Origin: Octopus vulgaris
Taxonomy: Eukaryota
Direction: 5' to 3'
Assembly (NCBI GenBank): GCA_951406725.2
Contig: OX597838.1
Coordinates: 17,484,001 to 17,548,000, forward strand
DNA length: 64,000 bases
In this document: one piece after another, positions 51,794 to 64,000 of the stretch
Layout: each line of letters starts with the position of its first letter
How positions within the stretch are numbered: position 1 is the first letter of the stretch
Notes under the pieces: model-generated
Database searches by the model: none
What the model was told of the DNA's origin: nothing
What the model saw: only the letters and a program-made list of their open reading frames with translations
Made by a program: the position numbers and the translations under genes

Positions 51794-52309
51794 TTGTTTA
51801 TATTATAAGGACCCTATGTTGTTATAGTGTAATAAATAATTATTATCGCCCCTTCATTTTCACCAATGCCAAAAGAGGACGCTCTTGCTCATAATGGACC
51901 TCAATCAATTCCATCTTCTATCTTTTATCCTTTACTTGTTTCAGTCATTTGACTGCGCCTATGCTGGGGCATTGCATTGAAGGGTTTTAGTCGAACAAAT
52001 CGACCCCCAGGACTTTTTATCGGTCTCTTTCCTCCTACCGATAAGTTAAGGAGCCGTAAATGCACCAACACCAATCGTCTAGCATATTGGATGTCCACTT
52101 AGTGGTCATCCCTTCTTATACGCATGTAATACAATTTTTTCTGAATTTTCAGATTTTTCTATATGCTAGGCTACTGGTTTTAAATTGATGTTAATTAAAT
52201 TAATATTCAATTTATCACCCTCGTTATTTAAAAAAATATATATATATATACAGAGAGGGAGAGAGAGAGGGGAGAGATATAGACATACATACATACATAC
52301 ATACATACA

Positions 52310-52341
<32 letters not shown>

Positions 52342-52357
52342 CATACATACATATATA

Positions 52358-52760
52358 CGAGGTGATATCAGAGAGTTCCCGGACTAGATATGTTTAATAA
52401 AAAAAAATAACTTATTTACCTAAGTTTTAATATCATCTCCTTCGAAATAGCCACCTTGCGCAGCACTACACCCGTCCCAGCGTTCCTGCCACTTTTGGAG
52501 TCCTGCTTGGAAATCGTTTTCCGGAAGGAAGCGAGTCGTGGACCTTCTGTGATTCGCTCTGGATCTCGACAAAGATGTTAAATCAGTGACCTTTGAGCTG
52601 CGTTTTCATCTTGGGGAAGAGATGAAAATCTGCAAGTGCTAAATCTGGTGAATAAGGTCGGTGTGAAAGGGATTCCATGCTGTTTCCGATGAGAAATTCA
52701 CGAGTGAGGAGAGTTTGGTGGCAAGGTATATTGTCGTCATGAAGAATCCAATTTCTTTTT
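52358..52760 (-). pseudogene. Mariner 3' fragment with one terminus
   Basis: ILHDDNIPCH...HRPYSPDLALADFHLFPKMK; end TA|cgaggtgatatcagagagttcccggact. Confidence 0.85.
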
Positions 52761-52799
52761 ATATAAAAATTATGTAAAATGTAAAATGTAAAAATATAA

Positions 52800-53208
52800 G
52801 GCGCAGGAGTGGCTGTGTGGTAAGTAGCTTGTTTGCCAACCACATGGTTCCGGGTTCAGTCCCACTGCGTGGCACCTTGGACAAGTGTCTTCTACTATAG
52901 CCTCGAGCCGACCAAAGCCTTATGAGTGGATTTGGTAGACGGAAACTGAAAGAAGCCCGTCATATATATGTATATATATGTATGTGTGTGTGTTTGTGTG
53001 TCTGTGTTTGTTCCCCTAGCATTGCTTGACAACCGATGCTGGTGTATTTATGTCCCCGTCACTTAGCGGTTCGGCAAAAAGAGACCGATAGAATAAGTAC
53101 TAGGCTTACAAAGAATAAGTCCAGGGGTCGAGTTGCTCGATTAAAGGCGGTGCTCCAGCATGGCCGCAGTCAAATGACTGAAACAAGTAAAAGAGTAAAA
53201 GAGTAAGA
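52800..53208 (+). mobile_element. SINE family A, young full-length copy
   Basis: Head to (gtaaaaga)n tail. Confidence 0.93.
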
Positions 53209-53481
53209 GTATAAAACATTGATAGTTAAAATAAGATTAATTAGTCCAAGTAACTATAATCTTAATAACGATAAATCATCTACAGCCTTTTAATATGGGT
53301 TGTTTGTCTAATCCTATAACTCGGGGGTTCTTAACGGGTTTTTTTGTCTATAGGCCCCTTTGCTTACTATTTTATTCTGGTGGACCCCTATAACTATTCG
53401 GTGTTTAAAAACTAGTTTTATAGAAACTTCTTTCAAAATTCCTATTTTGTTTTCCACTCATTCACTCGTGTAGGTTGAACT

Positions 53482-53865
53482 GTGGAAGCACTCCGTCGGT
53501 TACGACGACGAGGGTTCCGGTTGATCCGAATCAACGGAACAGCCTGCTCGTGAAATTAACGTGTAAGTGGCTGAGCACTCCACAGACACGTGTACCCTTA
53601 ACGTAGTTCTCGGGGATATTCAGCGTGACACATAGTGACAAGGCCGGCCTTTTGAAATACAGGTACAACAGAAACAGGAAGTAAGAGTGAGAGAAAGTTG
53701 TGGTGAAAGAGTACGGCAGGGATCACCACCATCCCTTGCCGGAGCCTCGTGGAGCTTTAGGTGTTTTCGCTCAATAAACACTCACAACGCCCGGTCTGGA
53801 AATCGAAACCTCGATGCTATGACCGCGAGTCCGCTGCTCTAACCACTGGGCCATTGCGCCTCCAC
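53482..53865 (-). mobile_element. SINE family C2 with 12-bp TSD
   Basis: TSD gtaggttgaact at 53470-53481 and 53866-53877. Confidence 0.92.
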
Positions 53866-54378
53866 GTAGGTTGAACTACGTAAAATGTTAAAGAAAGAAA
53901 AATTATTTGAAAATGTAAAACCCAAAACTCTCTAGAGGTCATCTAAGCTTATATATTTGTTTTCTTCCCATGAGAATGTCGTGTTTCAAGCGTCAAGAAT
54001 TTTTATTGATAATTCTTCAAAGGTTAATTTTTTTCACTTACACTTTAATCAATCATAATTGGTTTCCACTTAGGTTTTTTAGTCAAATAGACACTTCTGA
54101 CTGAAATTAGAGTTCGAAAGATACATATTTATTGCTTACATAGAATTTCTAGTGCGGGTTTCTCGCTTCTTCACAATGTACCAGCTTACACGGCTCTAGT
54201 GTGACTCTGAAGAGCTAGCACAGCCAACCTAGTTAGTAGATCTTGTGCGTTGTGGCTGTTATCAGTTTGAAATACCATTTGAGAGGCAGACAATTCCCCT
54301 GAGATGAAGAACTGCAACCAGTTACAGAACTGTATTTGGCTAAGTAGAACAAACACTTATATGTAAATGGCATATTTA

Positions 54379-54795
54379 AGGCGGCAAGCTAGCAGAAACG
54401 TTAGCGCGCCGGGCGAAATGCTTAGCGGTATTTCGTCTGTCGTTACGTTCTGAGTTCAAATTCCGCCGAGGTCGACTTTGCCTTTCATCCTTTCGGGGTC
54501 GATTAAATAAGTACCAGTTACGCACTGGGGTCGATATAATCGACTTAATCCGTTTGTCTGTCCTTGTTTGTCTCCTCTGTTTTTAGCCCCTTGTGGGTAG
54601 TAAAGAAATAGGTATTTCGTCTGTCGTTACGTTCTGCGTTCAAATTCCGCCGAGGTCGACTTTGCCTTTCATCCTTTAGGGGTCGATTAAATAAGTACCA
54701 GTCACGCACTGGGGTCGATATAATCGACTTAATTCCTTTGTCTGTCCTTGTTTGCCCCCTCTGTGTTTAGCCCCTGGTGGGTAGTAAAGAAATAT
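54379..54795 (+). mobile_element. SINE family B dimer
   Basis: Head, body, aaagaaataggtatttcg junction, body. Confidence 0.92.
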
Positions 54796-55638
54796 ATATT
54801 TAAATGGCATTACACAGATGAACAAATGATACGGAAAAAGTATTGAATTTATTTCAAGGTTACGCTGGCAGAGAAAACAAAAGATTTTGGTTTAAGTCTT
54901 TCTCCTGGAATCCGCGGTGAGATTTGTGCTGGGCTAAGTCAGTTGTGATGACTACACTTTCCTGCCTCCTAACAAACGACTGTAAATTCTTCCATCAACT
55001 CCAGGAATTACAATATCCTTGTATAGTGCCCTATATTCGACTATACCTCATCGAGATAACGTTCATGCTCCACCTTCTGTTATTACTATTTTATAACGAC
55101 TGAGTTTTATTTCTACAATCGAGACTATACGACCCACAAGAGTGGGCAGTTTCTACATGGTCGTTCGACTTTCTATCCATGGCTTTGCGACCACGTGGTT
55201 AAGGCTTCAGCCCCACTGCTCTCAATCATGGGCAAGTGTCCTCTACTATAGCCTCTAGCCAAAGAATGCTTTCTGAGTGAATTTAGTAGACGGATTCTGC
55301 GTGGAATCTCCTTGCATGTGTGCGTAAGTGTGTGGGGGTTTTCCCCCTCTCCACCATTTGACAATTGTTGTTCGTTTGAGCACGTCCACCTATCGTAGCG
55401 ATTTGGCAAAACAGAAATTTGAATAAGCACTGGGCATTAATATGAATCTGGTATAGCTTTGGTCGACTAATTTCTTCAAAGTGGTAACTCAACATGGTCG
55501 CAGTCCAATGATTGAAACAAGTAAAAGATATAAAAAAAATAAAAGGTATTAGCTAATTTTTCCTCATATTTGATCCTACAGCCTTGACACAATAGATAAA
55601 GAGGCACACAATATCTTTATCAAATATGACATGCAAAT

Positions 55639-56210
55639 AGGCGTAGGATTGCTGTGTGGTAAGTAGCCTGCTTACCAACCACATGGTTCGGGGTTCAGTC
55701 TCACAGCGTGGCACCTTGGGCAAGTGTCTTCTACTATAGCCTCAGGCCGACCAAAGCCTTGTGAGTGGATTTGGTAGACGGAAACTGAAAGAAGCCCGTC
55801 GTATATATGTATATATATATGTATGTGCATGTGTATATGTTTGTGTGTCTGTGTTTGTACCCCAACATCACTTGACAACCGATGCTGGTGTGTTTACGTC
55901 CCCGTGACATATGTAGTTCGGATACTCAATTCCTTAACTCTCGTATATACTCTTTTTACTCTTTTATTTGTTTCAGCCATTTCACTGTGGCCATGCTGGA
56001 GTACCGCCTTTAGTCGAGCAAACCGACCCCAAGACTTATTCTTTGTAAGCCTTGTACTTATTCTATCGGTCTGTTTTGCCGAACCGCTAGGTTACGGAGA
56101 CGTAAACACACCAGCATCGGTTGTCAAGCGATGTTGCGGGGGGGGGGGGGACAAACACAGACACACAAACACACACACACACATACACACACACACACAC
56201 ACACATATAT
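55639..56210. mobile_element. Convergent pair of SINE A copies (plus 55639-55920, minus 55950-56210)
   Basis: Shared segment caaccgatgctggtgtgtttacgtc in opposite orientations. Confidence 0.85.
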
Positions 56211-56359
56211 AACCGCTAAGATACGCAGATATAAACAAACCATCACCGCTCGTCAAGCGGTGACGAGGGACAAACACAAACTCAAAGACAGACACACATA
56301 GCTGTATATGTGTGTGCATGTTTGTGTGTATGTATGTATGTATGTATGTATGTATGTAC

Positions 56360-56390
<31 letters not shown>

Positions 56391-57275
56391 TGTATGTATG
56401 TGTGTGTGTATGTATGTATGTATGTATGTATGTATGTATGTATGTATGTATGTATGTATGTATGCATGTGTGTGTGCATATGCTTGTGTATGTGTGCGTG
56501 CGTGTTACCGTCTCTTTATCTTAACGTTGTTTTTTGATGAAAGCCCTGGAAAAATATTAACTTACTGAGGAAACAAGGGGTTAGCGACAACAAAGGCATC
56601 CGACAGAAGATCGTCTGCCGTAGCGAATTCCGTCCGATTCAGGCAAGCACGGAAAAGGAGACGTTAAAATGATTATGGTGGTGGTGGTGGTGGTGGTGGT
56701 GGTCGTCGTGGTGGCGGCGGCGGGGGTGCTGCTGCTGCTGGTGGTGTTGGTGCTGGTGCTATTGGTATATCCCACGACTGCGTAATCCAGTTTGTTCTTT
56801 ACCGTTTGTTTCCAAGGCCAATGGCTGTGGACGGATATGATCTGATCAGATTGAGGCATAGTCACTATTTCTAGCAGCAAGAATAGACCAGACGTTAACT
56901 CAATGAACCACTAGTATTAACCCCTCATGTTGAATTAATTAGTTCATACTGATTTCTGTTACCTTTCTCTGCCTCCCACTGCCCTCCTCGTATCTTTCTC
57001 CAAACCTCTATTTCCGCTTTAGATGAGGTTTATTTTCAATTATTTCATTTCCTACAGAGTTCTTCCTTAATTTCCTCTTTTCTTCTGCTGTAATTTCCTT
57101 TATACTTCTTGTCTATCACTCACACACGCACCCACCCACTACTAACACCATCTGCCAAATATTTTTTTTTTTCTTTTGTTCGTCTGATTAAGTGGAGTAA
57201 ATTTTTGCCTTCATTCTTTTGATATTTTACGGTATTAATATGTGTGTATGCACTTGTGTGTGTTTATGGACTCAT

Positions 57276-57576
<301 letters not shown>

Positions 57577-57695
57577 TTTTAGCGATTACATGTTTATTAG
57601 AGGTTCTGTTATTTTTTCATTGGTTCATTCTCTGTTTTCGTTAATATTTATCAATTTTTATGCTGGAGTTCATATGAAATTCACAAATATATATA

Positions 57696-58200
57696 CTAGC
57701 AGTATCGCCCGGCGTTGCTCGGGTTTGTAAGGGAAATAACTATATAAGCATTTTTAGAGAGTTACTTCCCTTATAAATTCGGGCTTTCTTAGCCATTTTT
57801 GTTTTGGTGTCTTCAAGCCATGAAGTCGTTGCTCTAAAAGAACGCTGGTTTCCTTCACAATGCATTACGACGTTGATTTCTTTACACTCCCTTCCCCACA
57901 GCTTCACGAGGGAGGGAAGGGGGAGAAGCAAACAGGTGCAGCTGTGAGCGTGGACGCCAACTCCGCCGCCATCGACATACGATGCATTTTATGCATTAAA
58001 ATGGAATAAAAAAATGATGTTAAATTATTTTTAAAATCGTAGACTCATCGTTGACGCGCGCTAATAGTCAGACGGGCTCGATATGAATCACGACTATAAG
58101 ATACCCGAATTTGGTTAAACTGCACCGCAAAATGTGGGAGGAGTTAGGAATCTAAATCGAAGGGGACAGACACTCACACAACTAGAGTTTTATATATATA
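57696..58200 (-). mobile_element. Non-autonomous Helitron, copy 4, with ~210-bp extra interior
   Basis: ctagcagtatcgcccggcgttgctcggg end; ~57775-57985 absent from copies 1 and 3. Confidence 0.82.
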
Positions 58201-58204
58201 TATA

Positions 58205-58557
58205 TTTCCTTCCTTTTGGTTAACACATACATTGTTTTTATACTTTCTGAAGTTGATATTTCTTCTATTATTGCATAATGCAATATCAATTTAACTTTGT
58301 GTATTTCACATACACGCATGGTGATTGCTCCATTTTTACAGCTGGTTATCATCTCTTCATGCTTTTCATAGTCAATAGCATTTCTAACTTTCTGTCTATA
58401 ACCCCTCAAATTCAGTTCCATTGCTAATCTGCATGTTATTGGAGCATAGGCAACAAACGGAAGTTGTAACTTACAATGCGCTTTCAACTAGTTAAGTCTT
58501 CATCGGTCGCCATTCTTCCATTGCCATAGGACTTTCAGTCGATAGAATGACAAATGA
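58205..58557 (-). pseudogene. Possible Tigger-like N-terminal HTH remnant
   Basis: RQKVRNAIDYEKHEEMITSCKNG resembles the psq-type HTH start; upstream part homologous to 345-480. Confidence 0.35.
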
Positions 58558-59005
58558 GGCGAGCGAGCTGGCAGAATCGTTAGCACGCCGGACGAAATGC
58601 TTAGCGGTAGGGCGGTGAGCTGGCAGACACGTTACCACGCCGGGCGAAATGCGTAGCCGTATTTCGTCTGCCTTTGCGTTCTGAGTTCAAATTCCACCGA
58701 GGTCGACTTTGCCTTTCATCCTTTCGAGATCGATAAATTAAGTACCAGTTACGCACTGGGGTCGATATAATCTACTTAATCCGTTTGTCTGTCCTTGTTT
58801 GTTCTCTCTGTGTTAAACCCCTTGTGGATAGTAAAGAAATAGGTATTTTGTCTGCCGCTACGTTCTGAGTTCAAATTCCGCCGAGGTCGACTTTGCCTTT
58901 CATCCTTTCGAGATCCATAAATTAAGTACCATTTACGCACTGGGGTTGATATAATCGATTTAATCCGTTTGTCTGTCCTTGTTTATCTTCTCTGTGTTTA
59001 GCCCC
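58556..59005 (+). mobile_element. SINE family B dimer preceded by a second head
   Basis: Two heads (58556, 58611), two bodies. Confidence 0.88.
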
Positions 59006-59094
59006 TGTGGCCACGGTCAAATGACTGAAACAAGTAAAAGAGTAACTTTCTAAATAATACTAGAAAGTTTTCCAACTTCTTGTTACATATATAC

Positions 59095-59388
59095 ATGATG
59101 GACTCTGCCGTTGAAGACGATGTATGAGCATTCAGCTTTAGCCGAACGACCTGAACAAATGATTCGGTTATAGTGATCAAATGTCCACGCCACACATAAG
59201 CTCACTCTCTCTCTTTCAAATCGACGTTGTCTCAACAGGTTCAGGGTGTGTCGAAATGATCGCGGAGCAACGTGAGATGAAGTGTCTTGCTCAAGAACAC
59301 AACGCACTACCCGATCTAGGTATTGAAATCACGAATGCGAGATCGTGAGTGCAACACCCTGACCACTAAGCTAAGCTATGCGCCCTCA

Positions 59389-59390
<2 letters not shown>
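59095..59390 (-). mobile_element. C-type tRNA SINE
   Basis: Minus strand gagggcgcatagcttag..tggtcagggt...gtgttcttgagcaagacactt. Confidence 0.75.
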
Positions 59391-59425
<35 letters not shown>

Positions 59426-59429
59426 TACA

Positions 59430-59493
<64 letters not shown>

Positions 59494-59699
59494 TAAATAC
59501 GGTAAAAAGAAGCCAACTCACTAACACCTAGCGAAAGATTCCACCAGCAACCTCAACTAGTCTCAAATCTTCACCACCGGACTTGAACTCATGTCTCCTG
59601 AACTTACTCTCCTCCGTCCCTACTATTAACCACATGGTAACCACGCTCCCAGCCTGCACTGTTTACTTGCGTCTTAATAGCCACAAACTAGAAAATACC

Positions 59700-60870
59700 A
59701 ACTTTCCAATGGATCGCCTCTCCTCGTACCTCTCAGCGTTACCCAACTGATTCCCTGACCTTCCCTGGCCTTCTCAACTAGTTTTCTTACTTGTCATGGC
59801 AGACATCAAGGTATTTTTTTACAGTCCTACCCCGCAAAAGCGACGGCCTATCAAACCTTAAATATTTCTTAGATCGCTAACCTCTACAAGAACTTACCGC
59901 TTCACACCACGCCAAACTGATCTTGCCAGCCTCGAGCTGTACAGAGATGTACGATGTTATGTTTGTTCCTTCTCGAGCCATGCCTGGCTCATAAGGGCCG
60001 GTTTCCCGGTTTCTTGACGTATAGGTTCCCCACCTGGACGGGACGCCGCTCCGTCGCAGGTGAGCTGCTAGATGCAGGAGGAAAGAGTGAGAGAAAGTTG
60101 TGGAAAAAGAGTCAGCAGAAGTTCGCCATTACCTTCTGCCGGAGCCGCGTGTGGCTCATGTGTTTCGCTCATAAACACACACATCGCCCGGTCTGAGATT
60201 CGAACCCGTGATCCCTCGACCGCAAGTCCACTGCTCTAACCACTAGGCCATGTGCCTCCACACTACAGAGATGTACAGAGCTGCAGAGTCGCTATATTGA
60301 CGACTTCTGTGTCCAGTGCTTGCACACCCTCCAGACAACAAGCCTATAGCTTAATTCCTGTTATTAACTCGTTTCGCTAACGTTCTAGAGTTCATCTCTA
60401 CAATATCAAACATCTCCGTTACTATCGACAATACCCATCAGTCCACTTTCGGCCACTATAAGCTCATTGACATCCACCCCAAAAATACCAGACCCGATTT
60501 ACCAGTCTTCCATTTCTCCGTTTTCTTTGATATTGTAGCATTAATTCAGATTTCAAATCCAAATTCGAAAACACCCGACACCTCTTCAGTCGAGTATATT
60601 CTTAGTCTGATGTAGACTCCACATCCCACAGGGCCCGGGCCATTGATCATGCTATACAAATCTTGGATCTGATGCCACTCGCCTTCACTTTCTGCTTCTC
60701 CACCCTCTCATTGAAACACATACTCATCTGCAAATTCCAAATCCCATTCAATGACTCCATAATGACTCCGATCAGCATATACCCCACCTAAACACACCAC
60801 CAGCTAATTTTGAATGTGCCTGCCATAGATGCAACACCATGACTATCACCGGTTCCAAGTTACAATATGT
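59700..60870 (+). pseudogene. Decayed Penelope-like (Neptune-type) reverse transcriptase
   Basis: LVMADIKVFFT..DGLSNLKYFLDR (~59790-59878), RYIDDF (60290-60307), HYKLIDIH, CACHRCNT (60815-60838). Confidence 0.75.
59953..60263 (-). mobile_element. SINE family C with 13-bp TSD inserted in the PLE
   Basis: TSD tacagagatgtac at 59940-59952 and 60264-60276. Confidence 0.92.
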
Positions 60871-61109
60871 ACTACGAGCAAAACGCCCCCCGTCCAATGG
60901 ACGGTGCTGAGTTGAAAAACATTTAAACCAAATTTTCTCAAAACATCTTGTCCGACCGTCCCATAAGGCCTCCCCTTTGAGAAACACTGATTTAACCTAA
61001 ATTTGAGACACCAGTAAAAGAAGAAATAACGATAGACTTTTTTTCTATTCCAAAGAAAAACGATTTTATTCACACAAATATGCAACCGAAGAGTTTAAAG
61101 TACCAGTAA

Positions 61110-61309
61110 TGATAAGGCTGTTGACTGGGAGAACGGCTTTATCGATTGCATTCTCACCTGGAATCGATTTATGTAATTTTTTCAAGACTTATACACGCCC
61201 TGATACCGTCGGTATCTACATATCAAATTTGAGCGCAATCGGATGGAGGATGCCCGAGATCATAGAAGGCACACATACATACAGACAGAACGGATTTTAT
61301 ATAATAGAT
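61110..61309 (-). mobile_element. Helitron-like family 2, 5' part
   Basis: Matches 4545-4760. Confidence 0.6.
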
Positions 61310-61401
61310 TGTGCACATTCTTTTACGTTTCCCGTCAGTACTTCGGTCACTGTGGCAGAGAGGACATAAACCTTGTCTTCCCTCTCCAACTTTTATTTCA
61401 A

Positions 61402-61433
61402 CCTTGAAGAAAGACTTTTTTCAGAAACGTCGG
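61402..61433 (+). ncRNA. Degenerate hammerhead relic (probable pLTR of the upstream PLE)
   Basis: cc-TTGAAGA-aagac..tca-GAAAC-GTC-gg. Confidence 0.45.
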
Positions 61434-61484
61434 AAACTACTCTTCGTGGTGCTTTAACTTCATTCTTACTTCTCCTCCTACCTG

Positions 61485-61549
<65 letters not shown>

Positions 61550-61749
61550 CAGTGTGCGTGTGTTAGGATGTCCTCACTTTTCTTTTCAGTTACCACCAGC
61601 TGCTCATCAGCTATTTCTATGGGTTTTTTTTCTTTTCGTTGTCATGTCCTTCTACTATATATTCCACCTCACCAATGTAATTGGACTCGTTTTTTTTCTC
61701 TTCTTCTTCTTTGTTTACATTATTTCTTTACATTGATCATCCCACATCT

Positions 61750-63480
61750 GACATAATTACATCCATTATCGTCAACATGTAATTTATTTTCTGAGGTTTT
61801 TTTTTTGCTGCCATATCTTATTAGCTTGTTAGGTCTCAGTGATTTTTCTCAGCTTAGTTATTAATAGAAACTAATTCCATAATAACTTCAATAGAGACAC
61901 AACATAGGTTTATTTGTGAGTTCATGACACTTTATTATGTATTACTTCTCTGACGGAACAGTCTAATTTCAGTTTCTCTCCCACGTGTTTAATCTCATTG
62001 ATGTGACCATACCCAGACTTGTATTTATTTTACATAGTTAATTGTGAACAATAGCGCCGTTATTTATACTTTTCAAACCAGCTAGTGTGGACAATGGCGT
62101 AGTTCGTTACTACATTATCGACAAGAAAGTCAATGGTTCACTGCATTATTGACAGTGAGAAAGTAGCAGAAAGCCATTCTTAGAATCATATTCATTCCCC
62201 TAATGACAACATAGTTTGTTTATCTACACAACAATGACAATAGTTTATGTTACATTATTAGTTTCAATGCATGCTATTCCAACAAACTCCTTCATTGTTT
62301 TATAACTCCCCAATGCCTCGATGTAAGCAAGACTTGTTTATCGTATATCCTTTTGATTTGGTTGTTTTATCCGTTTTGTGTGAGGTCTTGGCCCAACATC
62401 TTATTTCAGATGCAGTTTTTATTTGATACGGATGTTTTGATTTTGTGCCTTACTTCAAGTTACCCAAAAGAGAAGAATTAGTCATCTCTGGCGTTTTCTC
62501 ACATTTACTGCATGCCGTGTCTGCCTTACGAAATTATTCCGTTAAAGTGTCACACAAAAGGGGAAAATTAGAGAATCCTTTTCGAAGCTCCGTCGCTAAT
62601 TTGTCCTTGTTCTTTGGCTCCGAATCAATCATAAGTCAACCGACTTATGATTGCAAGTATTCCAGCCGTGACCATCACGCTTATTTCGAAAGGATTTCTA
62701 ATGTGCCCTTACTTTTTTCAGACATCGGAAGATGGTTTAAGTGGGATTTGAACGCACGACCTCGTAGATACTCCCTCGTGGATACTCACTCATTGACTCA
62801 CCATTCCAGTCTTTCATTTTACCTCATCAGTTATTCCTAATCAAACTTCAAACTTGCCGTTGCCATATATTTACAATATAATGACCTTTTAGTTGTGATA
62901 TATCGAGAAACATAGAGCATAGAAACATAGAGTTGTGATATATCGAGAAACTCCAGCATGGTATGGCCGTGCTTTTTAAACCGAAATAAAGAACAGATAT
63001 TTTTGAAATAGTACTGGTTCGATAACCCTTAAAATATTCGAAGCCAGAATAGTGTATTGTTTGAACCATGTTATCCAGTTATGTTTTAGCTGGATATACT
63101 TGTTTGACCTAATCGAGGATTTGTTTCTGGGATCACTCTTTGGCTATTTTGCCTAAAATTCCATTGAAGGTTTATTACTTTTAAAGATATTTTAAGCTTA
63201 CATATTTTCCCTGACGTTCTTCAGTTCGTCTTTACTAAACCATCTTACTATCTTTAGTAATTTTATTTTGTATGCATGGTCATTGATGTGTCTTCCTTCG
63301 GTTATAATTGTTTTTTATTTGATCTGTTCGGGTCTGTTTTATTATCAGCCTTTCATCCTTTCATTTTGCCGCAAAATCTTTCAATGACTTCTTAGAAATT
63401 CGATATAGTTTTAAAATTACAGCGAAAGATGTCTACTGATCTGTTTTTATCTATTTTTTCCATAAATATTTTGCTCTATA
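61750..63480 (-). pseudogene. Possible very decayed Naiad-like PLE
   Basis: Scattered minus-strand motifs (ILGKIAKE, ITWFK, FLDIS, SKHPYQI, MLCL) in the expected order; CTGATGA..GAAA relic at 61584-61610. Confidence 0.35.
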
Positions 63481-63564
63481 TAGATTATTTATGTTTATTT
63501 TCTTATCATTTTATCCTGTTGACCTTAGTTTGAAGCTGTTTCATTTCTACTATCTGAGCTTTAT

Positions 63565-63566
<2 letters not shown>

Positions 63567-63660
<94 letters not shown>

Positions 63661-63675
63661 GTATATATATGTATA

Positions 63676-63724
<49 letters not shown>

Positions 63725-63825
63725 GTATATATATATATATATAGATAGATAGATAGATAGATATAGATACATGCATACATACATACATACATACATACAT
63801 ACATGCATACATACATACATACATT
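63567..63825. repeat. (TA)n, (GATA)n, (TACA)n compound microsatellite
   Basis: Direct reading. Confidence 0.98.
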
Positions 63826-64000
63826 TGTGTGTATGTGTGGGTATCTTCGTCTTTTTTTCACTTTCTTCAATTTCCTTTAAAATTATTTTACTTTGTGTAT
63901 ACTTCTGTTCACAATCATTGATCCTTGCTGTTTCCGTTCATCTGGTGTTGCTGCCTCTGTTCTCTGATCCCGGTCAGTTTCTTCTCCGAAGGAACCTGTG

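Overview
Repeat-saturated, AT-rich animal non-coding DNA. The SINE families and microsatellite load look like an octopus/coleoid genome (inference). No intact host gene is supportable, and nearly all listed ORFs are microsatellite or SINE artefacts. The window holds dozens of tRNA-derived SINE copies (three or more families), non-autonomous Helitrons, decayed mariner/pogo/DD37D DNA transposons, an RTE 3' end, an R4/Dong 3' end in (TAA)n and several decayed Penelope-like elements (PLEs). The main signal is a set of about ten minimal hammerhead-ribozyme (HHR) motifs from several small PLE-type families, mostly inserted in microsatellites and often in inverted or fold-back arrangements. One (12761-13193) has a tRNA-like pol III head fused to an HHR-bearing tail, with an inverted partial copy, all inside one candidate 12-bp TSD: a candidate Penelope-mobilised, ribozyme-carrying SINE. 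All calls were read by eye, and coordinates of decayed elements are approximate.
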